Numbered from the stretch's first letter, positions 9,069-17,582 are shown. The stretch is DNA of 32,000 nt from an uncultured Nitrososphaerales archaeon (GCA_963840085.1 CAWIYT010000123.1:1-32000); one strand, 5' to 3'. Made by a program: numbers and translations. Notes: generated from the letters alone by a model not told the origin.

Positions 9069-9746
9069 TTACACTACTAATTTTAGGCCAGGATTTTTTA
9101 ATTTGTTCTTTTTTGCACCATTTAATAACATTGGAGTAAGTACTTCTGCCTGATAAGTCATAGAGAGCTGTCCCAAATATATAGGACGTAATCCTTGTAT
9201 TTCGGACGCTAGTTCTTTTATTTTTTGTACTACTGAAGGATCATCTCCGCAAATATAGGTATCTGCATCAAGATTCAATTCTATTTTTTTTAGCTTTGAT
9301 TCAGATATTGTATGAAATGCTGAAACAATTTTTGATCTTGATTTGAAATTATCTGCAACAAGTTCAGCTGCAGTTTTTTTTCCTTCTTCAAAAGGTATGT
9401 ATGTAAAACCTTTTTCTTCCCATTTCATGGGTACAATTGGAGAAATAATAATACAATTCTCACTTACAACTTGCGATAATTTGCTACATGTATCGTTAAT
9501 TGATTCATAAGGTATAGAGAGAATTAATATATCCAAATCTTTGGCAAGGTCAAAATTGTTATCGCCAGAAATATTGCCATTCATCTTATCTTTATAAAAA
9601 TCTTGTGCAATTTTCATATAATTTTTAGCCACTTCTGATGCCTTATTTTTATCTCTAGAACCTATAACTATCTGATGATTTGCACACCATCTCAAAGCAA
9701 AACCTTCGCCCATTCCACCAGTTCCACCAACGATTCCTATTTTCAT
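9069..9746 (-). CDS. npdG: NADPH-dependent F420 reductase
   Basis: 225 aa. N-terminal Rossmann motif 'MKIGIVGGTGGMGEGFALRW'. Length and layout are typical of the NpdG/Fno family. Confidence 0.75.
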   Translation of the reverse strand: MKIGIVGGTGGMGEGFALRWCANHQIVIGSRDKNKASEVAKNYMKIAQDFYKDKMNGNISGDNNFDLAKDLDILILSIPYESINDTCSKLSQVVSENCIIISPIVPMKWEEKGFTYIPFEEGKKTAAELVADNFKSRSKIVSAFHTISESKLKKIELNLDADTYICGDDPSVVQKIKELASEIQGLRPIYLGQLSMTYQAEVLTPMLLNGAKKNKLKNPGLKLVV

Positions 9747-9919
9747 TTTTGAAACAGCTAATTCTTCTCGCTATGTGTTTTAAATATATTGTTTCATATG
9801 CTTTGTGTATTGCTAATAATAATAATAATTTTTTATTTCAAGATATGGATCTTTAAAATTGAACAATTTTTTTCCATTAATATAAATTATTGATGATAAA
9901 AATTATAGTATAGAATAAC

Positions 9920-10543
9920 TTGAATCTAGCTATTTTCATGAGACATGGACAAGCCGATAATAACGTTAACAGAATCCTTGTTGGACGACATCTAGAATCG
10001 CATCTAACAGAAAAAGGACGAATGCAAGTTAAAGAGACTGCCCAATTATTAAAAAGTATGTCAATTTCTAAAATATATTCTAGTCCTGTGACGCGGGCAA
10101 TTGAAACAACACAGATCGTTGGAGAAGAATTAGGTCTTGATTATGAAATAGATGATCGACTTTATGAAATAGATTTGGGAAAATTAGCAGGAACATATTA
10201 TGATGAAATATTAAATAAGTATGGAAATCTGTTTCTGAGCTTCTATATGGGAGATGACTCTGTTCTTTCTAATCATGGAGTCGAATCTTTTACAGCAGTA
10301 AAATCACGAATAAGGGATTTACTGGATCAAGTTATGTCCAGACATAATAATCACAATGTATTACTAGTTACTCATCTTGATCCTATAAAGGCAGCAATTT
10401 CTTATATACTAGATTTGAAACCTGAATCTCTCTATAAATGGCATATGCGTAATGCTGCATTAACAATCTTGAAACAAGAATTTAAAACTTGGTCGATCTC
10501 GGCAGTTAATTTTATGGGTGCAAAACGATACCTCTACGAATAA
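9920..10543 (+). CDS. Histidine phosphatase family protein (phosphoglycerate-mutase-like)
   Basis: Catalytic 'RHGQA' at the N-terminus, then 'SSPVTRAIET' and 'LLVTHLDPIKA'. 207 aa. TTG start. Confidence 0.8.
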   Translation: MNLAIFMRHGQADNNVNRILVGRHLESHLTEKGRMQVKETAQLLKSMSISKIYSSPVTRAIETTQIVGEELGLDYEIDDRLYEIDLGKLAGTYYDEILNKYGNLFLSFYMGDDSVLSNHGVESFTAVKSRIRDLLDQVMSRHNNHNVLLVTHLDPIKAAISYILDLKPESLYKWHMRNAALTILKQEFKTWSISAVNFMGAKRYLYE

Positions 10544-10629
10544 TAGTAACGGTAATTAAATAATATTATAAATTCAAAAACCTTAAATTAGATGCTAGCG
10601 GGTAATCTCCATTAAATAAAAAGGGAGTA

Positions 10630-10917
10630 ATGAGATTGCAATCTAAAAATTGGTTATTAATGGCTTTTTTACCCCTCTTCACTATACTTTTTGTTAGCTT
10701 TTTTGAACAAGCTTTTGCTCAGGAAACATCTGAGGGATATATACAAAGGAATGCAGTAATATGGAAACTATTTTATGATCTGATGATAGCTGCGTTTGCT
10801 GTCGGTGCAGTAGTAAATGCTGTAATTATATATATAGTATGGAGATATAGGGAATCTCATCCACGGCAGAGATTCGCTAGAGTCGCTGAAGAAGCGGAGG
10901 GAGGTATTGGCCGCTAA
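10630..10917 (+). CDS. coxB: Heme-copper oxidase subunit II, N-terminal membrane fragment
   Basis: 95 aa with two hydrophobic segments, ending 'IYIVWRYRESHP...'. This looks like the first TM helix and loop of CoxB. Its stop overlaps the next ATG (TAATG at 10915-10919). Confidence 0.55.
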   Translation: MRLQSKNWLLMAFLPLFTILFVSFFEQAFAQETSEGYIQRNAVIWKLFYDLMIAAFAVGAVVNAVIIYIVWRYRESHPRQRFARVAEEAEGGIGR

Positions 10918-11834
10918 TGGCTCATGCTGTATATGAGTGGGTTTACATAGGCGCTGTAGTTGCAATTTTATGTTGGGTAGGTGCAGCGTCTTGGAATGTA
11001 GAGAGAATAATTGAAGAAGTTCCAGCAGATGCTGAAACCATTAAGGTTATTGGACAACAATGGTTTTGGAGTTTTGAGCATGCAGACGGAACTAAAGAAG
11101 TAAATGAACTTCATGTTGAAAAAGGCAAACCCTATAGATTTGAAATTACTTCTCTGGATGTAAATCATGCCTTTAACGTTCCAGATTATACTTTATTGAT
11201 AGATGCAGTCCCGGGAAGAATCAATACATTATGGAATGCGTTTGATCAAACAGGTGAGTTCCTAATCCAATGTAGAGAATATTGTGGATTCAGTCATTAT
11301 AATATGAAAGCAAAATTATTTGTTGAACCTCCACAAGTTACTCCTGCAGCCGCTGAGACAGGTGCTGGGGGAGAAACAACAGCAACAGCAACACCAGCCA
11401 AAACAACATCACCATCTACCGGACAGACAACAGTTGTAGGAACATCACAACAACCTTCAGCAACTACTACATCTGGCACCTCAGGAAATGCTACTAGTAC
11501 CGCTGGTGGAGGAACAACTGAACAAGCAGCAGCAGGAGGTGTTACATTGACAATTCCTGAAGGTGCTTCAATACAGGGAAATCCTAGCTATGATCCTAAA
11601 GAACTAAAGGTCAAAAAAGGCGATACAATACATGTCAAGAATGCCGATACGATGATTCATACAGTTACAAATGGTAAAAGTTCAACGGATCCAAATTCTG
11701 CCAAGCTCTTTGATACCAGTATGATAAATGGTGGTGAATCAGCAGAAATAGAAACATCAAATATTGATGCAGGAACATATCCATTCTACTGTATGGTACA
11801 TCCATATATGACGGGGAGTTTAACAATTGAGTAA
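10917..11834 (+). CDS. coxB: Heme-copper oxidase subunit II (CuA cupredoxin domain) fused to a C-terminal plastocyanin-like type-1 copper domain
   Basis: CuA motifs 'VNHAFNVPD' and 'CREYCGFSHYNM' (CxExCGxxHxxM). A T/S/A/G-rich linker follows. The C-terminal domain carries 'MIHTVTNG' and 'FYCMVHPYM' (His, Cys, His and Met ligands). Confidence 0.85.
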   Translation: MAHAVYEWVYIGAVVAILCWVGAASWNVERIIEEVPADAETIKVIGQQWFWSFEHADGTKEVNELHVEKGKPYRFEITSLDVNHAFNVPDYTLLIDAVPGRINTLWNAFDQTGEFLIQCREYCGFSHYNMKAKLFVEPPQVTPAAAETGAGGETTATATPAKTTSPSTGQTTVVGTSQQPSATTTSGTSGNATSTAGGGTTEQAAAGGVTLTIPEGASIQGNPSYDPKELKVKKGDTIHVKNADTMIHTVTNGKSSTDPNSAKLFDTSMINGGESAEIETSNIDAGTYPFYCMVHPYMTGSLTIE

Positions 11835-11927
11835 GAAAAAAAAGACAGATAGAGAGAGCGAGAGAGATAAAGAGAGCGAGAGAGAGATAGAGATAGAGAG
11901 GGAGATAGAGAGAGAGAGTGAGGGTGG
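11833..11927 (+). repeat. GA-rich (about 90% purine) tract in the coxB-coxA spacer
   Basis: Read directly: 'agagagagcgagagagataaagagagcgagagagagatagagatagagagggagatagagagagagag...'. Positions 11861-11887 are the exact reverse complement of 14738-14764. Confidence 0.9.
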
Positions 11928-12007
11928 ATATAAATGAATGAACAAAATACTTTTATTGATAATGATATTTGTATAATTTTGTCTGATTATATGGAGGAAG
12001 AAGAAAA

Positions 12008-13531
12008 ATGGTTCTAGAAATTAAAAAACCACGTCCAATGTGGGAGATAATTTTCTCCACTCATCATACGGATATAGGTTTACTGTACATTATTTTATCA
12101 GTAACCTTCTTGATGATGGGAGGAGCTTTAGCTATGGCAATTAGAGCTGAATTATTTTTGCCGGGACAGCAAATAATTCCAGATCCTAGTGCATTTCACA
12201 GATTCTTTACCGTACATGGTACTACAATGCTTTTCCTTTGGGCTATTCCGTTTGCTGCAGGTATTGGTAATTATTTGATTCCAATTCTAGTTAGATACAA
12301 AGATATGGCATGGCCTAAATTGAATGCAGTAGCATTTTGGATGATACCTGTAGGAGCTGCAATGGTCTGGTTGGGATTTTCAGATACGGGTTGGACTGCA
12401 TATCCACCTTATTCTATTATCCGTGCACCAGGACCTGCAGCAGAATTGTGGATCTTTGGTTTAAAGATCTTGGGTCTGTCATCGGTACTTGGTTCTATAA
12501 ACTTTATAGTTACTATGCTCAAGTGTAAACATCCAGATTTACCAATAATGAAAATGTCATTATTTGCTTGGTCCATACTATCAATTTCATTTATGATTTT
12601 AGTTGCTATACCTACCTTTGCTGCAGCATTAATCATGTTGTATACAGATAGGCTTGGTATAAGTGGATTCTTTAACCCTTCAATGGGTGGAGATCCTATA
12701 GCATATCAGCATCTCTTTTGGTTTACCTTCCATCCTGAGGTGTACATATTCTTGCTGCCGGCTGTTGGTATGCTGTATGAAATGATACCCAAATTCTCTA
12801 GAAAGCCTATATTTAGCTACCAGTCGGGTGTAATAGCGTTTCTGCTATTATCCACTATTGGATTTGCATCTTGGGCCCATCATATGCTTGCAACAGGTAT
12901 GAGTTTCACAGAAAAGACTGTATTTATGGTAGGTACTTTGGCAGCAGTGCCGGCTTCATCAATGCATGTCTTTAACTGGGTAGCAACTATGTGGGGAGGA
13001 AGAATCAAATTTGCAGCTCCGATGCTTTTTGGTCTAGGAGGAATTTTGTTATTCTTCGCATCAGGAGCAGGTGGTGTTGTAAATACTGCATTACCATTAG
13101 ACTTTATCACTCATGATAGCTATTGGGTTGTAGGGCACTTCCACTTGATCCTGATGGGTACAGTATCGCTCACATTCACCGGATTCTTGTACTACATGTT
13201 CCCATTAATTACAGGAAGAATGTATAACGAAAAACTAGCAAAGATACACTTTGCAGCCGGATTTACGGGTGTAATATTTGTCTTTATGACCCAACACGTA
13301 TTGGGATTATATGGAATGCCCAGAAGGTATTTCGATTACATCCCATTGCCGGAATGGATAGCGATGAACCAAATTGCCACAATAGCTGCATGGGTAGTTG
13401 GAAGTTCCTATGTACTAATGGTATATAATTTCCTAACGAGTGCCTATAAAGGAGCATTAGCAAATATGAGAGATCCATTCAAGATTGGAGAGGAGTATTA
13501 TGACTACAGACGAAAAGAGCCCCATCATTAG
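12008..13531 (+). CDS. coxA: Heme-copper oxidase subunit I
   Basis: 507 aa, about 12 TM helices. All metal ligands are present: 'FTVHGTTMLF', 'WFTFHPEVYI', 'WAHHMLATG', 'VVGHFHLIL'. Confidence 0.95.
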   Translation: MVLEIKKPRPMWEIIFSTHHTDIGLLYIILSVTFLMMGGALAMAIRAELFLPGQQIIPDPSAFHRFFTVHGTTMLFLWAIPFAAGIGNYLIPILVRYKDMAWPKLNAVAFWMIPVGAAMVWLGFSDTGWTAYPPYSIIRAPGPAAELWIFGLKILGLSSVLGSINFIVTMLKCKHPDLPIMKMSLFAWSILSISFMILVAIPTFAAALIMLYTDRLGISGFFNPSMGGDPIAYQHLFWFTFHPEVYIFLLPAVGMLYEMIPKFSRKPIFSYQSGVIAFLLLSTIGFASWAHHMLATGMSFTEKTVFMVGTLAAVPASSMHVFNWVATMWGGRIKFAAPMLFGLGGILLFFASGAGGVVNTALPLDFITHDSYWVVGHFHLILMGTVSLTFTGFLYYMFPLITGRMYNEKLAKIHFAAGFTGVIFVFMTQHVLGLYGMPRRYFDYIPLPEWIAMNQIATIAAWVVGSSYVLMVYNFLTSAYKGALANMRDPFKIGEEYYDYRRKEPHH

Positions 13532-13608
13532 AACAACCAAAAATCAAGATTGGAGAGGAGTATTATGACTACAGACGACGAGAGTCCCATCCTTAGAACA
13601 ACCAAAAT
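13479..13608 (+). repeat. Tandem direct duplication, 2 x 65 bp (60/65 identical)
   Basis: 13479-13543 and 13544-13608 both begin 'tcaagattggagaggagtattatgactacagacga'. I counted five mismatches by hand. Confidence 0.9.
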
Positions 13609-14132
13609 AAGGCTAGTCAAAGGGCTGGCTGTGGTGGTTGGAATTATGATAGTAGGTGCAGTAATCGGCATAATAGAATGGAATCATATGGCATCTACAC
13701 CACCAGCATCATCACACCTAAAACCTAAATTTGATTTATCTAAAACTGCTGCTACTACCGCGGGCGCTCCTGGTGCACTTACTCCTTCAGCATCAACTGC
13801 TAAGGCTCCAGCAGCAGCAGAAAAACCGAAAGCTGATGCTACATTGACAATTTTGGAAGGTGCAGCTACACAAGGTAATCCTGCTTATAAACCCGATGAA
13901 CTTAAAGTCAAAAAAGGTAATACAATACTTGTTGACAATGTAGATCTCATGCCTCATACCGTTACAAATGGTAAAGGCCCATCAGATACAACATTCAGGC
14001 AAACTCTTTGATACAAGTATAATAAATGGTGGCGAATTCAAAGTACTAGAGACATCAAACGTTGATGCAGGAACACATCCATTCTACTGTAGTGTACATC
14101 CATACATGACTGGTACTTTGGTAGTAGAATAA
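13550..14132 (+). pseudogene. Membrane-anchored plastocyanin-like blue copper protein, disrupted by a +1 frameshift near 13988-13995
   Basis: The first frame (13550-14011) ends '...MPHTVTNGKGPSDTTFRQTL*'. The next frame continues 'SGKLFDTSIINGGEFKVLETSNVDAGTHPFYCSVHPYMTGTLVVE*' to 14132 and is collinear with the CoxB C-terminal domain. The likely true start is ATG at 13565. Confidence 0.75.
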
Positions 14133-14181
14133 AACAAATAATAACAAGAATAGGACAAAAATAAGAGAGAGCGATAATGAA

Positions 14182-14647
14182 ATGCTCTTAAAAAAACTTT
14201 CTTTTTCTACACTATCTATACTTTTTACTTTGATATTTATTGGTGGTTATGTTAGTGCATCAGGTGTAGGTTTGTCATGTCCAGATTGGCCTCTATGTCC
14301 TGCTGGATTAGTTCCACTAGCAGATTTTATAATAGAATACTTTCATCGTACTATAGCAGCAATTACAGCATTAATGGTTATTATTACAATGATCATTCAC
14401 ACTGAAATCAAAACAGGCTCCAAAAGGAATGAAGATTGCTTCTATCATTGCAGGATCGGCAGTAGTATCTCAAATTACTTTAGGTGCATTTGTAATTATA
14501 GAGCGTCTCCATGCTCATCTGGTAACTTTACATCTTGGAATAGGAATAATTTTATTCTCTATGATGGTTATGGTTACTTTATATAGTTGGAGAATACAAG
14601 ATAAAGAAAAATCTTTATCAAACTTTGAGAAGTCGACTATTTCTTAG
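14182..14647 (+). pseudogene. ctaA: Short archaeal-type heme A synthase (CtaA/Cox15 family), disrupted by a frameshift near 14392-14428
   Basis: The N-terminal frame has 'GGYVSASGVGLSCPDWPLCPAG' and TM2, then degenerates into non-membrane sequence. The second frame (14429-14647) supplies TM3 and TM4 with 'ERLHAHLVTLHLGIG'. The shift falls in a region of A-runs. Confidence 0.7.
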
Positions 14648-14650
14648 ATA

Positions 14651-14673
14651 TTTTTTACTTTTCTTTCTTTTTT
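14651..14673 (+). terminator. T-rich tract, candidate archaeal terminator after ctaA
   Basis: 'ttttttacttttctttctttttt' begins 4 nt after the stop codon. Oligo-T tracts act as archaeal termination signals. Confidence 0.35.
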
Positions 14674-14725
14674 ATGCCATTTAGATTCTATTTTTCATAG
14701 TAGAGAGCAGTAGAGTGTAATAATA

Positions 14726-14764
14726 CTTCTCTTTCTCTCTCTCTCTCGCTCTCTTTATCTCTCT
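14726..14764 (+). repeat. TC-rich tract, inverted partner of the GA tract at 11833-11927
   Basis: 'cttctctttctctctctctctcgctctctttatctctct'. Positions 14738-14764 are the exact reverse complement of 11861-11887. Confidence 0.9.
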
Positions 14765-14852
14765 ACATTATACTTTCTTTTTCAAATTCCTTTTTTTAAT
14801 TCAATGATTTATTTTTTTTACTTGTGTCGATTGATTTATTTACCTTTAAAAA

Positions 14853-15428
14853 TTATTTCTCTACACTTTTATTTTCCTGTATCCTCTTCTTTTGTCTTCT
14901 ATTTTGAAAGAATATGATTGCTATTACTACTATAGGAGTTGCTACGGCAAAACTAATCAATGAATAAAAAATATATCCAAAAGGATTGAGGGTACTAATA
15001 TTAAATATAAATGTTATAGTTTTCCCACCGCTATGGTAGATGTCTTGTAGATATACATAGAAAATATAGTTTCCTGGTTCTAGAAACTTGTAATCAAATT
15101 CACGATGACCATTTGTTACTACCATTGGAGGAATTTTCTCAATATCTTGGCCATTTCTTACTATTTCAATAGAGATTGGAACATCGGAAAGTTCTGTACC
15201 ATCTGTGCTAGATATTCTCATCATTATCTTTGTAGGTTGACCAGTTGTTGGAATCTCTGGGTCTGTAGCAACTTGTACATAATAATTACCCATTTTCTCT
15301 CCTGAAGAATTAAAAAGTTGATGTGCATAAATATCTTTGATAAAAGTCTGGTATGATGATGCTAAAAGAAGATTTCCTAAAATAATACTAAAAAGAATTG
15401 ATAGATAAAGTCTATTTAATTTTCTCAT
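14853..15428 (-). CDS. Membrane-anchored protein with a beta-sandwich (YtkA/FixH-like?) ectodomain
   Basis: 191 aa with an N-terminal signal/anchor and a C-terminal TM helix. The middle region, 'PEIPTTGQPTKIMMRISSTDGTELSDVPISIEIV...EPGNYIFYVYL', resembles Ig-like metal-handling domains. The family assignment is weak. Confidence 0.5.
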   Translation of the reverse strand: MRKLNRLYLSILFSIILGNLLLASSYQTFIKDIYAHQLFNSSGEKMGNYYVQVATDPEIPTTGQPTKIMMRISSTDGTELSDVPISIEIVRNGQDIEKIPPMVVTNGHREFDYKFLEPGNYIFYVYLQDIYHSGGKTITFIFNISTLNPFGYIFYSLISFAVATPIVVIAIIFFQNRRQKKRIQENKSVEK

Positions 15429-15528
15429 TCTTCTTTGCTAGTCGTATATATAAATCACAATCCTCTCTTAAAGGTAACTGATCAATTAGCAAAAGATATA
15501 TAGTAGAATAGAACCTGCCAAAATAATA

Positions 15529-17385
15529 ATGGCAGAATCATCTAATAAATCGTCAGATTTAAAATTTTCAAATAAAAGTGTTGTGATTACGGGTAGTGGA
15601 ACAGGAATCGGTCAGGCTATTGCTAAAAAATTTGCAGAAAAAGGTGCGAGTATTATCATAATGGGAAGAAGAAAGGAACCATTGGATAAAACCGCTGATA
15701 TCCTCATGGATATTATGAAAAAAGTTGGATCATCGGGTACTGTTAGAGCTTTTTCAGGAGTTGATGTTTCAGATGAAGTTGGCATTAACGAAATGTTCTC
15801 AACTATTAAACAAGAATTTGGTAAGGTTGATATTATTGTAAATAATGCAGGAGTATCTGGTCCTGTAAAGACATTTACTAATGCTTCCTTTCAAGATTTT
15901 AAAGACTGTGTTGCTATCCATCTTACAGGAACTTTTTGGACATCTGTTCAAGGACTTAAAGTAATGGAAAAAGGTTCTAAAATAATAACAATTGCTACAT
16001 TTTTTACTGAAGAAAATAAATATGAACAAAGACCCTATAGATTCAGAACTCCTTATACTGCTGCACAAGGAGCTAAAAACAGATTGGCTGAAGCGTTAGC
16101 ATGGGAGTTGGTAGAACAGGGAATAAAATCTGTAGCCACCAATCCAGGACCGGTGCATTCTGATAGAATTTATAAAACTGTTTATCCAAAAGCAGCTGCA
16201 GAATTTTTACGTATAGGTGGATATCCTGGTCTTGAATCGTCAGAGATCGAATTAGCTGCAACAAAAGGATTAGACCTTTTAGGAGAGCCTTCCGATGTAT
16301 TTTCAAAAGGTATTATGGAAATAGCAGAGCAAATATCAAATTCCCGTTCATCATCTGTCCCATCTGGTGGAACTTCTTCTTCTACTTCTACTTCTGCCAA
16401 TCAAGGAGATCTAAATAAAACGATTGAAGGAATGTTGATAAAAATTCAGGAAATAGCAGAAAAAATCCAAAATAATACAAGTAAAATGATAGTAGATAAT
16501 GAATTTTTAAGTCAAGAAGAAGTAGCGGAAATGGTTCTAACTTTGTCGGATGATACTATCAGTAAATTAATCAATGGTAGGATTATTCCCAATGATAGAG
16601 TATTTTATCCTGTTAAACCTATTGTTGGAACTTCAATAGATGGTAATAATATACAAGAGTTAAAAGAAAAGGTAGTAATTATTACAACAACTTCCTCAAA
16701 AGAAAAAGATATACAAAGAGTCATTACCCTTGCAAACAAACTAAATGATATTGGTGTAAAACAGGTAATAATCCTTAGTAGAAATTCGGATGATATGAAA
16801 TTTTATAAAGATTTTCATAGTCATTCATTAGACCTTTTAGATGAAGAGAAAGTAAAGAGAATTTTTAATACTGCTAAAACAAAATTTGGAAATATTGATG
16901 CTGTTATTCATTTTACAGGTGATTATGATTATAATCGCAATTTATCATCTTTATCTAGACAAGAATGGGATGGGCTGGTAAATAATTTTATCCATATTCC
17001 TGGATTGATAACTAGAGAAGCAGTACGATTTATGGCGCCGGATGGTGCACTTCATCAACCTGCTAAATTTAAAGATTCTAAAGGAATAATAGTCATTCTT
17101 GGTCCTGATTCTCCTTCTGGCAAGAAAATCTCTGGATTGTCTAGAGCAAGGTCTGAGGTATTTCGAGGTGCACTTAGACCATATACAGCCACAGTAAATC
17201 AAGAATTATCTGATGTATTAGGATCAAGAATCAGATTATATCTAATTCTAGCAGGAAATATCGAAGGAGTTGAATCAGATATAGGGAATGTTACAACTTC
17301 TATATTAAATCTAATCGCCGGTTCTTCATTGAATAAAAATGAATCAATCTTCTATATTGATGAAGGAAAAAAAGTAATTAGATAG
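15529..17385 (+). CDS. Two-domain short-chain dehydrogenase/reductase (catalytic SDR plus SDR-like second domain)
   Basis: 618 aa. The N-terminal domain has 'VVITGSGTGIGQAIAKKF', 'NNAGV' and 'PYTAAQGAKNRL...NPGPV'. A Ser-rich linker, 'SSSVPSGGTSSSTSTS', follows. The second Rossmann-like half ('VVIITTTSSKEKD...') lacks a Gly-rich loop. Confidence 0.75.
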   Translation: MAESSNKSSDLKFSNKSVVITGSGTGIGQAIAKKFAEKGASIIIMGRRKEPLDKTADILMDIMKKVGSSGTVRAFSGVDVSDEVGINEMFSTIKQEFGKVDIIVNNAGVSGPVKTFTNASFQDFKDCVAIHLTGTFWTSVQGLKVMEKGSKIITIATFFTEENKYEQRPYRFRTPYTAAQGAKNRLAEALAWELVEQGIKSVATNPGPVHSDRIYKTVYPKAAAEFLRIGGYPGLESSEIELAATKGLDLLGEPSDVFSKGIMEIAEQISNSRSSSVPSGGTSSSTSTSANQGDLNKTIEGMLIKIQEIAEKIQNNTSKMIVDNEFLSQEEVAEMVLTLSDDTISKLINGRIIPNDRVFYPVKPIVGTSIDGNNIQELKEKVVIITTTSSKEKDIQRVITLANKLNDIGVKQVIILSRNSDDMKFYKDFHSHSLDLLDEEKVKRIFNTAKTKFGNIDAVIHFTGDYDYNRNLSSLSRQEWDGLVNNFIHIPGLITREAVRFMAPDGALHQPAKFKDSKGIIVILGPDSPSGKKISGLSRARSEVFRGALRPYTATVNQELSDVLGSRIRLYLILAGNIEGVESDIGNVTTSILNLIAGSSLNKNESIFYIDEGKKVIR

Positions 17386-17582
17386 ATTAATTGGCTGTTA
17401 TAATACTCTATATATCTATCTCTTTATCTTTTATCTGAAGTAATCTAATAATAGTAATAATAATAATGTTTCAAAATAAAAAAGATTCAAAAGATAAAAT
17501 CAATAAATTATTACTATAATAATAATATATAAAAAATTAAGTCATGGAACAAAAGATAATAGACAGAGAAATTGTTTCTATT

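Noticed and set aside
10768-11479. Minus-strand ORFs 10768-10965, 10968-11168 and 11297-11479, opposite coxB
   Set aside because: They are antisense to a gene with clear CuA and type-1 copper motifs. The third mirrors the T/S/A-rich linker.
12337-13478. Five short ORFs on either strand within coxA
   Set aside because: All lie inside the intact 507-aa subunit I gene, which has every metal ligand.
15105-17202. Short ORFs inside or antisense to the 191-aa and 618-aa genes (15105-15305, 15799-16068, 16073-16306, 16182-16400, 16951-17202)
   Set aside because: They are shadow ORFs with low-complexity products.
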